Source: Campylobacterota bacterium | GTDB taxonomy: Bacteria > Campylobacterota > Campylobacteria > Campylobacterales > Sulfurimonadaceae | Direction: 5' to 3' | NCBI GenBank assembly: GCA_034660975.1 | Contig: JAYEKJ010000019.1 | Coordinates: 1-43,785 of the forward strand | Length of the DNA: 43,785 nucleotides | Part shown: one piece after another, positions 18,200 to 27,605 of the stretch | How the letters are laid out: every line of letters begins with the position of its first letter | How positions within the stretch are numbered: position 1 is the stretch's first letter | The notes under the pieces: model-generated | Told to the model about the DNA's origin: nothing | The model's input: only the letters and a program-made list of their open reading frames with translations | The model's database searches: none | Program-made: the position numbers and the translations under genes

Positions 18200-18305
18200 A
18201 TATCTTCCCTTTCTAAGTTAGAATAATTTTGAAAGTATATAAAAAATGTAGTTAAAATTTACTTTGATACTACATCTTATATTTAAAATATTGTATAATT
18301 CAAGA

Positions 18306-19253
18306 ATGAAAAATTTCACTATACAAACAATGTTTGAAATAATAAATATTTTAGAAAAAGAGATAAAATCTTTAAAACCAAAAGGGGTATTGGAGTTTGA
18401 GGTTTTAAATCCAGATATAGTCACATCTCAATATGCTGGTACAGTTCTAACAGTTGAAAATGAAAAATATATCTATAGAGGTTATAAAGCTTGGCTAGAT
18501 TTAGCTCAATTACTTTATTGTAAAATGCTCACCCCCTTAGTATCAACTCCTCAAACAATAATTATAAGATTTGAGAAATTGAATGAGGATGTAAGTTTTC
18601 ATAAATCTGATATAGATAAAGAGGAAAAATATGGTGTAGAATCTATCTTTTCTCAGATTCATAAAAATGAAGAACCTAGTTTTTTACATTACTATAAACA
18701 AGCTCTACAAAATGTCAATATAAACAAAAGAGTTAGAATCCTAAATCTCGGGGTAAATAGTGGCGATGAATTTGAACTTATACAACAGTATGCTTCAAAT
18801 TTTAAAAATTTAGAACTTGTTGGAATAGATTATTGCCCTTCTGCAATTTTAGAAGCTAAATCAAAATTTATAGAATCTAAAAATATCACCTTTTATACTC
18901 ATGATGTTAATGATTTAGAATCTTTAAATTTAGGTAGATTTGATTTAATCATCAGTATAGGAACTCTACAAAGTACAAACTTAGAGTTTAATCCACTGTT
19001 TATGTCAATTGTTCAAAATCAACTTAAAACTGATGGTGCTATGATACTTGGATTCCCAAATTGTAGGTGGATTGATGGGGAGATGATTTATGGAGCAAGA
19101 GTAAAACACTATCCATTTCCTGAGAGTTCCTTACTCTATAAAGATACAATATTTTGTAAAAAATATCTTCAACAGAAAAAATTTAGAGTTACACTTACAG
19201 GTAAAGAGTATATTTTTTTAACTGCTACCTCTATACGAAAAGAAAATGTATAG
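18306..19253 (+). CDS. Class I SAM-dependent methyltransferase (likely start 18306)
   Basis: ILNLGVNSG (motif I), VGID, HDV, FDLIISIG. Confidence 0.8.
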   Translation: MKNFTIQTMFEIINILEKEIKSLKPKGVLEFEVLNPDIVTSQYAGTVLTVENEKYIYRGYKAWLDLAQLLYCKMLTPLVSTPQTIIIRFEKLNEDVSFHKSDIDKEEKYGVESIFSQIHKNEEPSFLHYYKQALQNVNINKRVRILNLGVNSGDEFELIQQYASNFKNLELVGIDYCPSAILEAKSKFIESKNITFYTHDVNDLESLNLGRFDLIISIGTLQSTNLEFNPLFMSIVQNQLKTDGAMILGFPNCRWIDGEMIYGARVKHYPFPESSLLYKDTIFCKKYLQQKKFRVTLTGKEYIFLTATSIRKENV

Positions 19254-19310
19254 AGTATTAAAAGAATTTTAGATATTATCTCATCACAAAATTACAATTA
19301 TGGACTAAAA

Positions 19311-20726
19311 ATGAATATTGAACTATTAAATAAAAATATATCTGAGATTGAATCAGATATAGAGGTAGAATTTTTAACTTCTGATGAACTTGCTTTACAT
19401 AACTATAAAGAGATTTTAGATTTTGCAGGTTTTAAAGCAGAACAAGATTCTGTATGTTTTTTACATGAAAAAAGAATCTTATTTTGTGGATGTGAAACTA
19501 AAGAAAATGACGATATTAGAGGTGCTAGTGTAAGTATGATAAAAGCACTAAAATCATCTAACTATAAGAGCGCGAAATCTAATCTAATTTGTCAATCAAC
19601 TATTTCTGGCTTAATAGAGGGGATAATCCTAGGTGGATATGAATATAATGTATATAAATCAAAACCAAAAGAAGAATCATTTCAAAATATTACTTTAACA
19701 TCTACAGCAGATGATTTTCAAGAGATGGAGATTACTTTTAAAGAGGCAATAATCATTGCTAATGCAACATGTTTTACGCGTGATATTGTAAACACTATTC
19801 CACATGATTTAAACCCTGAAACTTTTGTTCATTTAGCCGAAAAACTTGCAAAAGAGAACTCTTTAGAGTGTAATATTTTAGGTGAAAATGAATTAAAAAA
19901 TGAAAAGATGAATGCGATGCTAGCAGTAGGTCGTGCTTCTATACATGAGAGTAAATTGATCCATTTAGCATATAAACCAACTAATCCAAAGAAAATAATC
20001 TCTTTAGTTGGTAAAGGCTTAACTTATGATAGTGGTGGACTTAGTTTAAAACCAGCTACTTCAATGGTTACAATGAAAATGGATAAAGCTGGTGGATGTG
20101 CTGTTTTAGGTATGATTAAAGCGGTGAGTGAATTAAAATTAGATGTAGAAGTTCATGTATTTGTTGGTGCAGTTGAAAATATGGTTGGTGGTGATGCGTA
20201 TAAACCTGATGATGTTTTAGTGTCAAGAAGTGGGAAAACAATTGAGGTCAGAAATACTGATGCAGAGGGTCGTTTAGTTTTAGCAGATGTTTTAAGTTAT
20301 GCTCAAGATAGTGTAAAAGCTGATTATATTTTTGATTTTGCTACACTTACTGGTGCTTGTATGGTTGCTCTTGGTTCATATACAACGGGAATTATGGGAA
20401 ATTCAAAAAAATTAAAACACGATTTCTTAAAAGTTGGTAGTAATTCTGGTGAATTTACTGCTACTCTACCTTTCAATAAGCATCTTAAAAAACTTCTTAA
20501 AAGTGAGATAGCAGACATATCAAATGTAGCTTCAAAACCTTATGGGGGAGCAATTACTGCCGGAATGTTTTTAGATAATTTTATTAAAGATGAGAATAAA
20601 GAAAAATGGTTACATTTTGATATAGCAGGTTCGGCTTATACAGAGAGTCCATGGGATTGTAATGTATATGGTGGAACAGGTGCAGGTGTTCGCTTTATGA
20701 GTAAATATTTACAAAATATTAAGTAG
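19311..20726 (+). CDS. pepA: Leucyl aminopeptidase (M17)
   Basis: VGKGLTYDSGG, MKMDKAG, NTDAEGRL, ATLTGA. Confidence 0.96.
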   Translation: MNIELLNKNISEIESDIEVEFLTSDELALHNYKEILDFAGFKAEQDSVCFLHEKRILFCGCETKENDDIRGASVSMIKALKSSNYKSAKSNLICQSTISGLIEGIILGGYEYNVYKSKPKEESFQNITLTSTADDFQEMEITFKEAIIIANATCFTRDIVNTIPHDLNPETFVHLAEKLAKENSLECNILGENELKNEKMNAMLAVGRASIHESKLIHLAYKPTNPKKIISLVGKGLTYDSGGLSLKPATSMVTMKMDKAGGCAVLGMIKAVSELKLDVEVHVFVGAVENMVGGDAYKPDDVLVSRSGKTIEVRNTDAEGRLVLADVLSYAQDSVKADYIFDFATLTGACMVALGSYTTGIMGNSKKLKHDFLKVGSNSGEFTATLPFNKHLKKLLKSEIADISNVASKPYGGAITAGMFLDNFIKDENKEKWLHFDIAGSAYTESPWDCNVYGGTGAGVRFMSKYLQNIK

Positions 20727-20737
20727 ATAGAAAGATA

Positions 20738-20765
20738 AAATAGTTTACTATATAGTAAACTATTT
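20738..20765. promoter_or_regulatory. Perfect 28-bp palindrome, candidate operator
   Basis: AAATAGTTTACTAT|ATAGTAAACTATTT with no spacer, 18 bp upstream of a small RHH-like gene. Confidence 0.6.
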
Positions 20766-20783
20766 AACAGAGAGTGTATTTGA

Positions 20784-20975
20784 ATGAAACCAAAAAATGA
20801 AGTGACAAGAAGCTTACTTATAGATAGAGAAACTTGGGATGATTCTATGAAATACTCAAGAACTAGATATAAAATGAGTTTAAGTAAAGTGATAGAATCA
20901 CTTTTACAAGAGTGGTTAGTTAAAGAAAAAAGAAAACCTCTCGATAATGAAAATCAGGGTAAATTTTTTGAATAA
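20784..20975 (+). CDS. Small ribbon-helix-helix-like DNA-binding protein
   Basis: Beta-strand TRSLLI, D-capped helix, then MSLSKVIESLLQEWL as helix B. Confidence 0.6.
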   Translation: MKPKNEVTRSLLIDRETWDDSMKYSRTRYKMSLSKVIESLLQEWLVKEKRKPLDNENQGKFFE

Positions 20976-20981
20976 AGGTAT

Positions 20982-21485
20982 TTATCTAGCATAATTCGTA
21001 TTTCTTGGACTATCTTTATCGTAGTCTAAGATCTCTAAAATCGATTTTTTATTCATTTTCCTTGCAAAATCGATTGCATTAAATCCTTTCGAATCTACCA
21101 CATTTTGATCAGCCCCATTATCTAGCAACAATTTAGCAATTTCAACTCTTCCATAGCAAGCAGCAGCCATTAAAGATGTAAACCGGCTTCTTCTGTATGT
21201 TTGATTTACATCAACACCTTTTTCTATTAAATATTTAACTATCTCGATATTATCATAAGTAACTGCCATATCAAATATACTAACACCCTCATCATCATAA
21301 TCAAAAATATCTGCACCATTGTTGATAATATACATTATTAATTCAATGTCACATTTATATCTAAGTGCTAAAGCTAGTACAGTTTCACCATTTTCGTTTG
21401 CTTCATTAACATCTGCCCCATCTTTAATATATCTCATAGCTTTTAAATAATCATCATTTTTTAAAATTTCTAGCCAAGTATTCAT
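20982..21485 (-). CDS. Ankyrin repeat protein
   Basis: Repeated GADVN...GETVL and TSLMAAACYGRVEIAKLLLDNGAD units. Confidence 0.93.
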   Translation of the reverse strand: MNTWLEILKNDDYLKAMRYIKDGADVNEANENGETVLALALRYKCDIELIMYIINNGADIFDYDDEGVSIFDMAVTYDNIEIVKYLIEKGVDVNQTYRRSRFTSLMAAACYGRVEIAKLLLDNGADQNVVDSKGFNAIDFARKMNKKSILEILDYDKDSPRNTNYAR

Positions 21486-21596
21486 AGTAAGTTCTCTTTA
21501 TATGTAAATTTTAAGTTCTATAACAACAGTATATATAAAAAATCATTAGTATTTTTTAAGTATAATCTCATCAATAAATTATTTAAGCGAGAATTC

Positions 21597-22796
21597 ATGG
21601 AAATTATTCAAACAACAGATGCTTTTAAAGCACTAATAGAAGATATTAAATCAACAACTACTGGATACAGAGATCCTTTAGCATTTGGTATTGCAAGAGT
21701 AGATTTAGGACAGTTAAATGTAGATAAATCTCTTCAAGCTACTTACCCATTAATTAATTGGGATGAGAACTTTGGTAGTGCTGCTATTTTTGTTAGAGCA
21801 TTAGCAGAGCAAGGTGTAGAGATTGATTTTACTCAAACTGAAGTTGTATGTAATGTTAATATAGATTTTTTAAAGAGCTGTTTAAATGCTTTTACTCCAT
21901 ATTCAGATGAAGCTTTTGGCGATGCACATAAAAATATTCAAGTTATCTCAGCACTTTATTCTCAAATGATCACTAGTGGTTCATTAGATGGTGAATTTAA
22001 AGTTACATTTATTTTTGATGATGCTCCAGTTGCGAGTGTTGAAGCAGCATATTTAAAACTATATGCAATTTCACAAGCTAAAGTGCCATTAAGAGATATT
22101 AACTTAAATGGTGCATTTGGCGCATTACCAAATGTTGCTTGGTCAAATGGTCAGCCAATAGAACTTGATTATCTACGAGAGTTTGAGATTGAACTAAAAT
22201 TAGCAAATGAATATCCACATATCGACTTTGTTGATAAGTTCCCAAGATTCTTACAACATATTATCCCTCAAGATAATACTAGAATCTTAGAGACTTCAAA
22301 AGTAAGATTTGGAGCACAGTTAGCTGGTGGAACAACTGTAATGCCTGGTGCTTCTTACATCAACTTTAACGCTGGAACAACAGGTTCGGTGATGGTTGAG
22401 GGTAGAATCTCCTCTTCAGCTATCGTTGGTGATGGTTCTGATGTTGGTGGTGGTGCTTCAATACTTGGTGTTTTAAGTGGAACTGATGGTAATCCAATTA
22501 GCATTGGTAAAAATTGTCTTTTAGGTGCAAACTCCACTTGTGGTATCCCATTAGGTGATGCTTGTATTATTGATGCAGGTTTAGCAATTCTTGAAGGTAC
22601 AAAAATTGGTATTTATCCAGCAGAACTTAAAAAAATAATGGAAGTCAATACAAATGCTAATATGGAAGGTGAAATTTTCAAAGGAAAACAATTATCTTTT
22701 TTCAGTGGTCTTCATTTTAGACAAAACTCTTTAACAGGTGAGATTACAGCTTCTCGTTCAATTAGAGAGATTAAACTTAATGCTGATCTTCACTAA
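21597..22796 (+). CDS. dapD: Tetrahydrodipicolinate N-succinyltransferase (long Campylobacterota type)
   Basis: VDKFPR, YINFNAGT, MVEGRISS, SDVGGGAS and hexapeptide repeats. Confidence 0.93.
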   Translation: MEIIQTTDAFKALIEDIKSTTTGYRDPLAFGIARVDLGQLNVDKSLQATYPLINWDENFGSAAIFVRALAEQGVEIDFTQTEVVCNVNIDFLKSCLNAFTPYSDEAFGDAHKNIQVISALYSQMITSGSLDGEFKVTFIFDDAPVASVEAAYLKLYAISQAKVPLRDINLNGAFGALPNVAWSNGQPIELDYLREFEIELKLANEYPHIDFVDKFPRFLQHIIPQDNTRILETSKVRFGAQLAGGTTVMPGASYINFNAGTTGSVMVEGRISSSAIVGDGSDVGGGASILGVLSGTDGNPISIGKNCLLGANSTCGIPLGDACIIDAGLAILEGTKIGIYPAELKKIMEVNTNANMEGEIFKGKQLSFFSGLHFRQNSLTGEITASRSIREIKLNADLH

Positions 22797-22804
22797 ATTA
22801 TTTT

Positions 22805-22840
22805 GTAGATTGAGATTTTAATATCTCTCAATCTACTTTT
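22805..22840 (+). terminator. Probable intrinsic terminator after dapD
   Basis: 11-bp stem GTAGATTGAGA / TCTCAATCTAC with a 10-nt loop, followed by TTTT. Confidence 0.6.
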
Positions 22841-22873
22841 AAGTTATATTTGATTACTATGTCGATTACAAAT

Positions 22874-22958
22874 GCCAGCGTGATGGAATGGTAGACTTAG
22901 GGGATTCAAAATCCCCCGCCTTATGGGCGTGCCGGTTCGAGTCCGGCCGCTGGTACCA
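22874..22958 (+). tRNA. tRNA-Leu (CAA)
   Basis: Acceptor GCCAGCG/CGCTGGT, anticodon arm GGGGA-TTCAAAA-TCCCC, long variable arm, T-loop GTTCGAG, encoded CCA. Confidence 0.97.
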
Positions 22959-22974
22959 CCTCTATTTAAAACTT

Positions 22975-23631
22975 TTAAACATCACCAAATTTACTAACTA
23001 CTCTACCAACAACTTCTATCTCATCAATATTTAAAGTTTGTGTAGAATAAACTTGATTATCAGAAATAATATCAATTTTTCCATCTATCCTTTTTTCGAT
23101 TCTTTTTATAAAAAGTCCACCCTCAGTTCTAATAGTAAAGATTCCTCCACTGTGAAGATCTGTTTTAGCTCTATTTATAAAAATAATATCGTTATAACTA
23201 AAGGTTGGCTCCATAGAATCACCAGAAACATTAATAGCTTCTATATTTTTCAATTGATTTTCTCCACCAAGCATTGTTATAAATTGCTGTGGAATTTTCA
23301 ACTCCTCTATATTTTCATTTTCTATATCTGAGCCACCACCAGCTGATGCATTTACATCATTAAAATATTTAATCATATAAAATTTATTTGTAGCCTCTAC
23401 TAAACTCTCTGGTGATTGACCATATAGTAACCAATTTATAGATATAGATTTTAGTGCACAAAAGTCCAACAACTCTGTAAATGGAATCTTGTCTCTTTTT
23501 TTCATCGTTGCAAAATTCATTTGAGATATACCTAAAATATCTGCAATATCTTTATCAAATATTCTTTTACCACTAAAATCAGCAGACACTATATTTTTTA
23601 TCTCTTCAACAATTACTGTAAATTTATTCAT
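22975..23631 (-). CDS. CI/LexA-like repressor: N-terminal HTH plus S24 autopeptidase
   Basis: DKDIADILGISQ HTH, SINWLLYG, ASAG cleavage site, GDSMEP (Ser), IKR (Lys), EVVGRVV. Confidence 0.92.
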   Translation of the reverse strand: MNKFTVIVEEIKNIVSADFSGKRIFDKDIADILGISQMNFATMKKRDKIPFTELLDFCALKSISINWLLYGQSPESLVEATNKFYMIKYFNDVNASAGGGSDIENENIEELKIPQQFITMLGGENQLKNIEAINVSGDSMEPTFSYNDIIFINRAKTDLHSGGIFTIRTEGGLFIKRIEKRIDGKIDIISDNQVYSTQTLNIDEIEVVGRVVSKFGDV

Positions 23632-23660
23632 AATAAACCTCTTTCATACTTAATAATCAA

Positions 23661-23689
23661 ATTATAATGTCTTTTTGTCATAAAGTCAA
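23661..23689 (-). promoter_or_regulatory. Sigma70 promoter of the repressor gene
   Basis: Minus-strand TTGACT-17 bp-TATAAT. Confidence 0.7.
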
Positions 23690-23712
23690 AATAATAATGG
23701 CATTTTGCCATA
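23664..23712. promoter_or_regulatory. Two operator-like repeats
   Basis: ATAATGTCTTTTTGTCATA (23664-23682) and ATAATGGCATTTTGCCATA (23694-23712), 30-bp period; the second is the dyad ATGGCA-N3-TGCCAT. Confidence 0.65.
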
Positions 23713-23780
23713 TATTTTATTAAATATCAATATAGTGGGTAATATTATAATAATTAATGAAGATACGGAGGTAATTATTA

Positions 23781-23855
23781 ATGTTAAAAACAATAAAAGA
23801 TTTTTTTGATATGCTTGAAGATAAATTAGAAGAGTGGGCTAATGAAATTCTTTAG
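23781..23855 (+). CDS. Unannotated 24-aa peptide MLKTIKDFFDMLEDKLEEWANEIL
   Basis: GGAGG RBS at 23767-23771, TATAAT at 23746-23751, amphipathic periodicity; below the ORF-track length cutoff. Confidence 0.55.
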   Translation: MLKTIKDFFDMLEDKLEEWANEIL

Positions 23856-24004
23856 GAATTTTCACCCTCTTTCTTTTTTTTAAGTTCATCTAATCTAAAT
23901 TGTTCCTCTCTAGCAGAAGATTTATTTTTATGGTAACCACCAAAAATAAATACCATAAAAAGGATAAAAAGAAAAATCATAATCCCATCAATAATAGGAT
24001 TCAT
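23852..24004 (-). CDS. Unannotated 50-aa single-pass membrane protein (MNPIIDGIMIFLFILFMVFIFGGYHKNK...EGENS)
   Basis: ATGA overlap with the trmL stop, AAGGA RBS, one hydrophobic helix and a charged tail. Confidence 0.7.
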   Translation of the reverse strand: MNPIIDGIMIFLFILFMVFIFGGYHKNKSSAREEQFRLDELKKKKEGENS

Positions 24005-24471
24005 CTGATTTCCTTGAATTGTGTATAGTTTTGTCGAATAGCATCATATAAAACTATACCAGTGCTTATTGCTAAATTTAAACTTCTTCCATCTTTAGTC
24101 ATTGGAATAGTGATATTTTGCTCTTTATAGCTATTTAAAGTCTCTTCAGGTATCCCTGCTGTTTCACTACCAAAAAATATAAAATCACCCTCTTTAAATG
24201 GAGCATTAAAATATGGTTTATCTGTTTTAGTAGTTGCAAAATAAGCATTATCTGTAATTTTATTTTTTTCAAAAAACTCATCAAGAGATTCCCATACATG
24301 AAGATCTAATTTATCCCAGTAGTCAAGCCCTGCCCTTCTTACAGCTTTTTCATCTATATCAAAAGCTATCGGTTTTATAAGGTGAAGTGAAGCACCAGCA
24401 TTTACACACAATCTGCCAATAGCACCTGTGTTATTTGGGATTTGTGGATGAACTAAAACTAAATTAAACAA
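24001..24471 (-). CDS. trmL: tRNA (cytidine/uridine-34 2'-O)-methyltransferase
   Basis: PQIPNNTGAIGRLC, RRAGLDYW, FGSETAG, RSLNL. Confidence 0.95.
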   Translation of the reverse strand: MFNLVLVHPQIPNNTGAIGRLCVNAGASLHLIKPIAFDIDEKAVRRAGLDYWDKLDLHVWESLDEFFEKNKITDNAYFATTKTDKPYFNAPFKEGDFIFFGSETAGIPEETLNSYKEQNITIPMTKDGRSLNLAISTGIVLYDAIRQNYTQFKEIR

Positions 24472-24491
24472 ATTATCTCCATTAAACTATT

Positions 24492-25328
24492 TTAAAATAT
24501 TACTGTTTTGTTTGCATAAACAAAGATTCTATCTTCAAGAGCAAGTTTTAAGGCACGAGAAAGAACTACTTTTTCAACATCTTTTCCTGAGCGTTGCATA
24601 TCTCTCCAACTATAAGCATGATCAATATGTATAACCTCTTGAGAGATAATGGGACCTTCATCAAGATTATTGTTAACAAAATGTGCTGTTGCCCCTATAA
24701 TTTTCACACCTCTATCATAAGCTTGTTTATAAGGATTTGCACCTATAAATGCAGGTAAAAAAGAGTGGTGAATGTTTATAATTTTATCTTCATATGTTTC
24801 TACAAATTTAGGAGTCAAAATTCTCATATATTTTGCTAACACTATATAGTCTACATCTTTATAGCTATCAATACAATTAATTATTTTATCTTCATGATCT
24901 TCGCGTTCACAATTTTCATGAGAGATAGTTATATATGGGATATCAAATTTAGTAACCAATGATTCTAGCTTATCATAATTAGATATAACTGCTAAAATAT
25001 TAGCTTCTAACTCACCAGCTTCATGACGAATTAGGATATCACCTAAGGCATGCATCTCTTTTGTAACCATAAGTATTATATTTTTCTTTTTTGGCTCTAT
25101 AACTTCAACACTAGAATCTTGTGGTAAAATATTAATAATCTCTTTTTTTAAATCATATAAATTAACATCACCATCAACAACACTTCTCATAAAAAATTTA
25201 TTATTATCTTTATCAACAAATTCATTATTTGAGAGTATATTTAAATTATATTTATAAAAGATACTAGAAACATTATGAACTATCCCTTTTTGATCATTAG
25301 CATCAATTAGTACTCTATATGCGCTCAT
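24492..25328 (-). CDS. purU: Formyltetrahydrofolate deformylase (likely start 25328)
   Basis: N-terminal ACT domain; LAKYMRIL, INIHHSFLPAFIGA, GVKIIGATAH, LDEGPII. Confidence 0.95.
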   Translation of the reverse strand: MSAYRVLIDANDQKGIVHNVSSIFYKYNLNILSNNEFVDKDNNKFFMRSVVDGDVNLYDLKKEIINILPQDSSVEVIEPKKKNIILMVTKEMHALGDILIRHEAGELEANILAVISNYDKLESLVTKFDIPYITISHENCEREDHEDKIINCIDSYKDVDYIVLAKYMRILTPKFVETYEDKIINIHHSFLPAFIGANPYKQAYDRGVKIIGATAHFVNNNLDEGPIISQEVIHIDHAYSWRDMQRSGKDVEKVVLSRALKLALEDRIFVYANKTVIF

Positions 25329-25677
25329 TAGCATCACCTTTTTCTAGTATTTCGATTCTATTGCTTATTGTTGCTAAGACATACTCTAAATAGTTTAAGG
25401 TCATATCAACCTTTGCTTCTATATTAGAGTTATTCGGTGCTTGAAAACCTTCAAATAATACTAATAATCTCTCTTTGATAGAGTTTAAATATATTAGTTC
25501 ACTATCTATTTTAGAATCATCTACAACTATTTCATTTTCCAAATCTTTACTTATAATTTTTTCTTCAACTTTTTCTTCAACTTTTTTTGCTTTAGCTTCA
25601 GATATTTTAGGTTCTTGGTGTGTAGGGGGGTCTTCCATCTCTGCTAATGTTGATAATATAACATCTTTTAGTTCCAT
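25315..25677 (-). CDS. CiaD-like domain protein (likely start 25677)
   Basis: KERLLVLFEG and DMTLNYLEYVLA segments; position upstream of purU as recalled for Campylobacter. Confidence 0.65.
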   Translation of the reverse strand: MELKDVILSTLAEMEDPPTHQEPKISEAKAKKVEEKVEEKIISKDLENEIVVDDSKIDSELIYLNSIKERLLVLFEGFQAPNNSNIEAKVDMTLNYLEYVLATISNRIEILEKGDANERI

Positions 25678-25916
25678 GATTTTAATAACCACCTTTCAAA
25701 TTCATTGAATTCAACTTCAGAATCCATTTTTAAAAAAAAATCTTTCATTTGATTATTTACACCTAAAAATTTTCTTCTCATGCCAGATAATCGTCTAATA
25801 GCAATTTTTGCATCACTATTTAAAGGATCTTTTTTTAATATATCTTTATAAATATCTAAGGCCTCCTCTTTGAGACCTTGAAGTTCATAAATATTTGCTA
25901 AAGTAAGTGTTTGCAT
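25668..25916 (-). CDS. Small TPR-containing protein
   Basis: TLTLANIYELQGLKEEALDIYKDILKKDP is a single TPR unit. Confidence 0.75.
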   Translation of the reverse strand: MQTLTLANIYELQGLKEEALDIYKDILKKDPLNSDAKIAIRRLSGMRRKFLGVNNQMKDFFLKMDSEVEFNEFERWLLKSWN

Positions 25917-25929
25917 CTATAATTAGTTG

Positions 25930-26997
25930 TTATCTTTGGATATAGTTTGCGATTATTGAACCCATTTCACTTGTTGAACAAACCTCTTTAGCATCAAATT
26001 GAGCTAAATCTCCAGTTCTATAACCTTCACTTAAAGCTTTTTTAATGGCATCATCGATTTTATCAGCAGCTGCATTTTCACTAAGAGCATATCTTAACAT
26101 CATAGACGCAGAAGCGATAGTAGCAATAGGGTTAGCAATACCTTGACCAGCAATATCTGGAGCAGAACCATGAATTGGCTCATAAACACCTATTTTATCA
26201 CCAACAGATGCTGATGGTAAAAGACCAATAGATCCACAAAGCATAGAAGCTTCATCACTTAAAATATCACCAAAAATATTTCCCGTAAGCATTACATCAA
26301 ACTGTTTTGGATCACGGATAAGTTGCATTGCAGCATTGTCAACATACATATGTGAAAGTTCAACTTCAGGATACTCTTTTGCAACCTCTTCAACTGTCTC
26401 TCTCCAAAGTTGAGAAACATCTAAAACATTTGCTTTATCAACAGAACATACTCTTTTACCTCTTTTCATTGCAATTTGAAATGCATGATGAGAGATACGG
26501 ATGATTTCATCTTTAGTATAAACCATTGTGTTCCAGCCTTTATCTTCAGTACGACCTTTTGGCTCACCAAAATAGATACCACCAATAAGCTCACGAAGAA
26601 CCATAATATCAACACCTTTGATAATCTCAGGTTTAAGAGAAGAAGCGTTGATTAATTCATCATAAACAACAGCTGGACGAAGATTTGCATAAACACCAAG
26701 CTCTTTACGGAATCTTAGAAGCCCACTCTCTGGTCTTTTTTCACGAGGTAAATTATCCCATTTTTCTCCACCGATAGCTCCAAAAAGAACAGCATCACTA
26801 GATAATGATTTTGTAATTGTTTCTTGTGGAAGAGGATCACCTGTAACATCATAGGCGATACCACCCATTAAAGCTTCATCATAAGAAAAATCAAACTCAC
26901 AACAAGATGCTACAGCATCTAAAACTTTTACAGCTTCATCTATGATCTCTGGACCAATTCCATCACCTTTGATAAGTGTTATTTTATATTTTTTCAT
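25930..26997 (-). CDS. leuB: 3-isopropylmalate dehydrogenase
   Basis: [40 protein letters not shown]. Confidence 0.97.
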   Translation of the reverse strand: MKKYKITLIKGDGIGPEIIDEAVKVLDAVASCCEFDFSYDEALMGGIAYDVTGDPLPQETITKSLSSDAVLFGAIGGEKWDNLPREKRPESGLLRFRKELGVYANLRPAVVYDELINASSLKPEIIKGVDIMVLRELIGGIYFGEPKGRTEDKGWNTMVYTKDEIIRISHHAFQIAMKRGKRVCSVDKANVLDVSQLWRETVEEVAKEYPEVELSHMYVDNAAMQLIRDPKQFDVMLTGNIFGDILSDEASMLCGSIGLLPSASVGDKIGVYEPIHGSAPDIAGQGIANPIATIASASMMLRYALSENAAADKIDDAIKKALSEGYRTGDLAQFDAKEVCSTSEMGSIIANYIQR

Positions 26998-27527
26998 TAT
27001 TTACCTTTAATTTCGTTCGCAGCGAAGTTCATTAATCCACCTGCATCTATCAACTCTTGCATAAAAGCAGGAATCGGAGTAAAATCGTATGTTTTACTTG
27101 TAGTTTTATTAGTGATAGTTCCAGCATTCATATCAATGCTTACATCATCACCCTCTTTTATCTCTGCACTCTCTGGCAATTCAAAAATCGGAAGACCCAT
27201 ATTAAATGAGTTTCTGTAAAATATTCTGGCAAATGTTGGTGCGATAACAGCTGCAACTCCTGCCGCTTTTAATGCAATTGGTGCGTGTTCACGAGAACTT
27301 CCACAACCAAAATTTTCACCTGCAACTATAACATCACCTCTACTCATATTGTTTACAAATTCTGGATCAGCATCTTCCATTACATGTTTAGCCAACTCTT
27401 CTGGAACAGATGTATTTAAATAGCGAGCTGCTATAATTAAATCAGTATCAATATCTTTTCCAAATCTCCAAACTTTACCTTCAATATTTGCTTTTTGCAC
27501 CCCAAGGGTATTTGTTTTACTGCACAT
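26997..27527 (-). CDS. leuD: 3-isopropylmalate dehydratase small subunit
   Basis: [27 protein letters not shown]. Confidence 0.95.
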   Translation of the reverse strand: MCSKTNTLGVQKANIEGKVWRFGKDIDTDLIIAARYLNTSVPEELAKHVMEDADPEFVNNMSRGDVIVAGENFGCGSSREHAPIALKAAGVAAVIAPTFARIFYRNSFNMGLPIFELPESAEIKEGDDVSIDMNAGTITNKTTSKTYDFTPIPAFMQELIDAGGLMNFAANEIKGK

Positions 27528-27605
27528 ATAAAATTCCTAAATGTAGTTTCTAAATAATTTTGCGATTATATCCAAATTGTTATTTTATTCTTATAAATTT
27601 ATCTT

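Noticed and set aside
23698-23712. Sigma54 promoter at TGGCA...TTGC
   Set aside because: GG-to-GC spacing is 6 nt, not the required 10; better explained as a dyad operator
22874-24000. Intact prophage or island at tRNA-Leu
   Set aside because: No integrase, structural genes or duplicated tRNA 3' end seen; only the repressor is phage-like
25559-25586. TTTTCTTCAACT tandem repeat
   Set aside because: Encodes a low-complexity KVEEKVEEK linker
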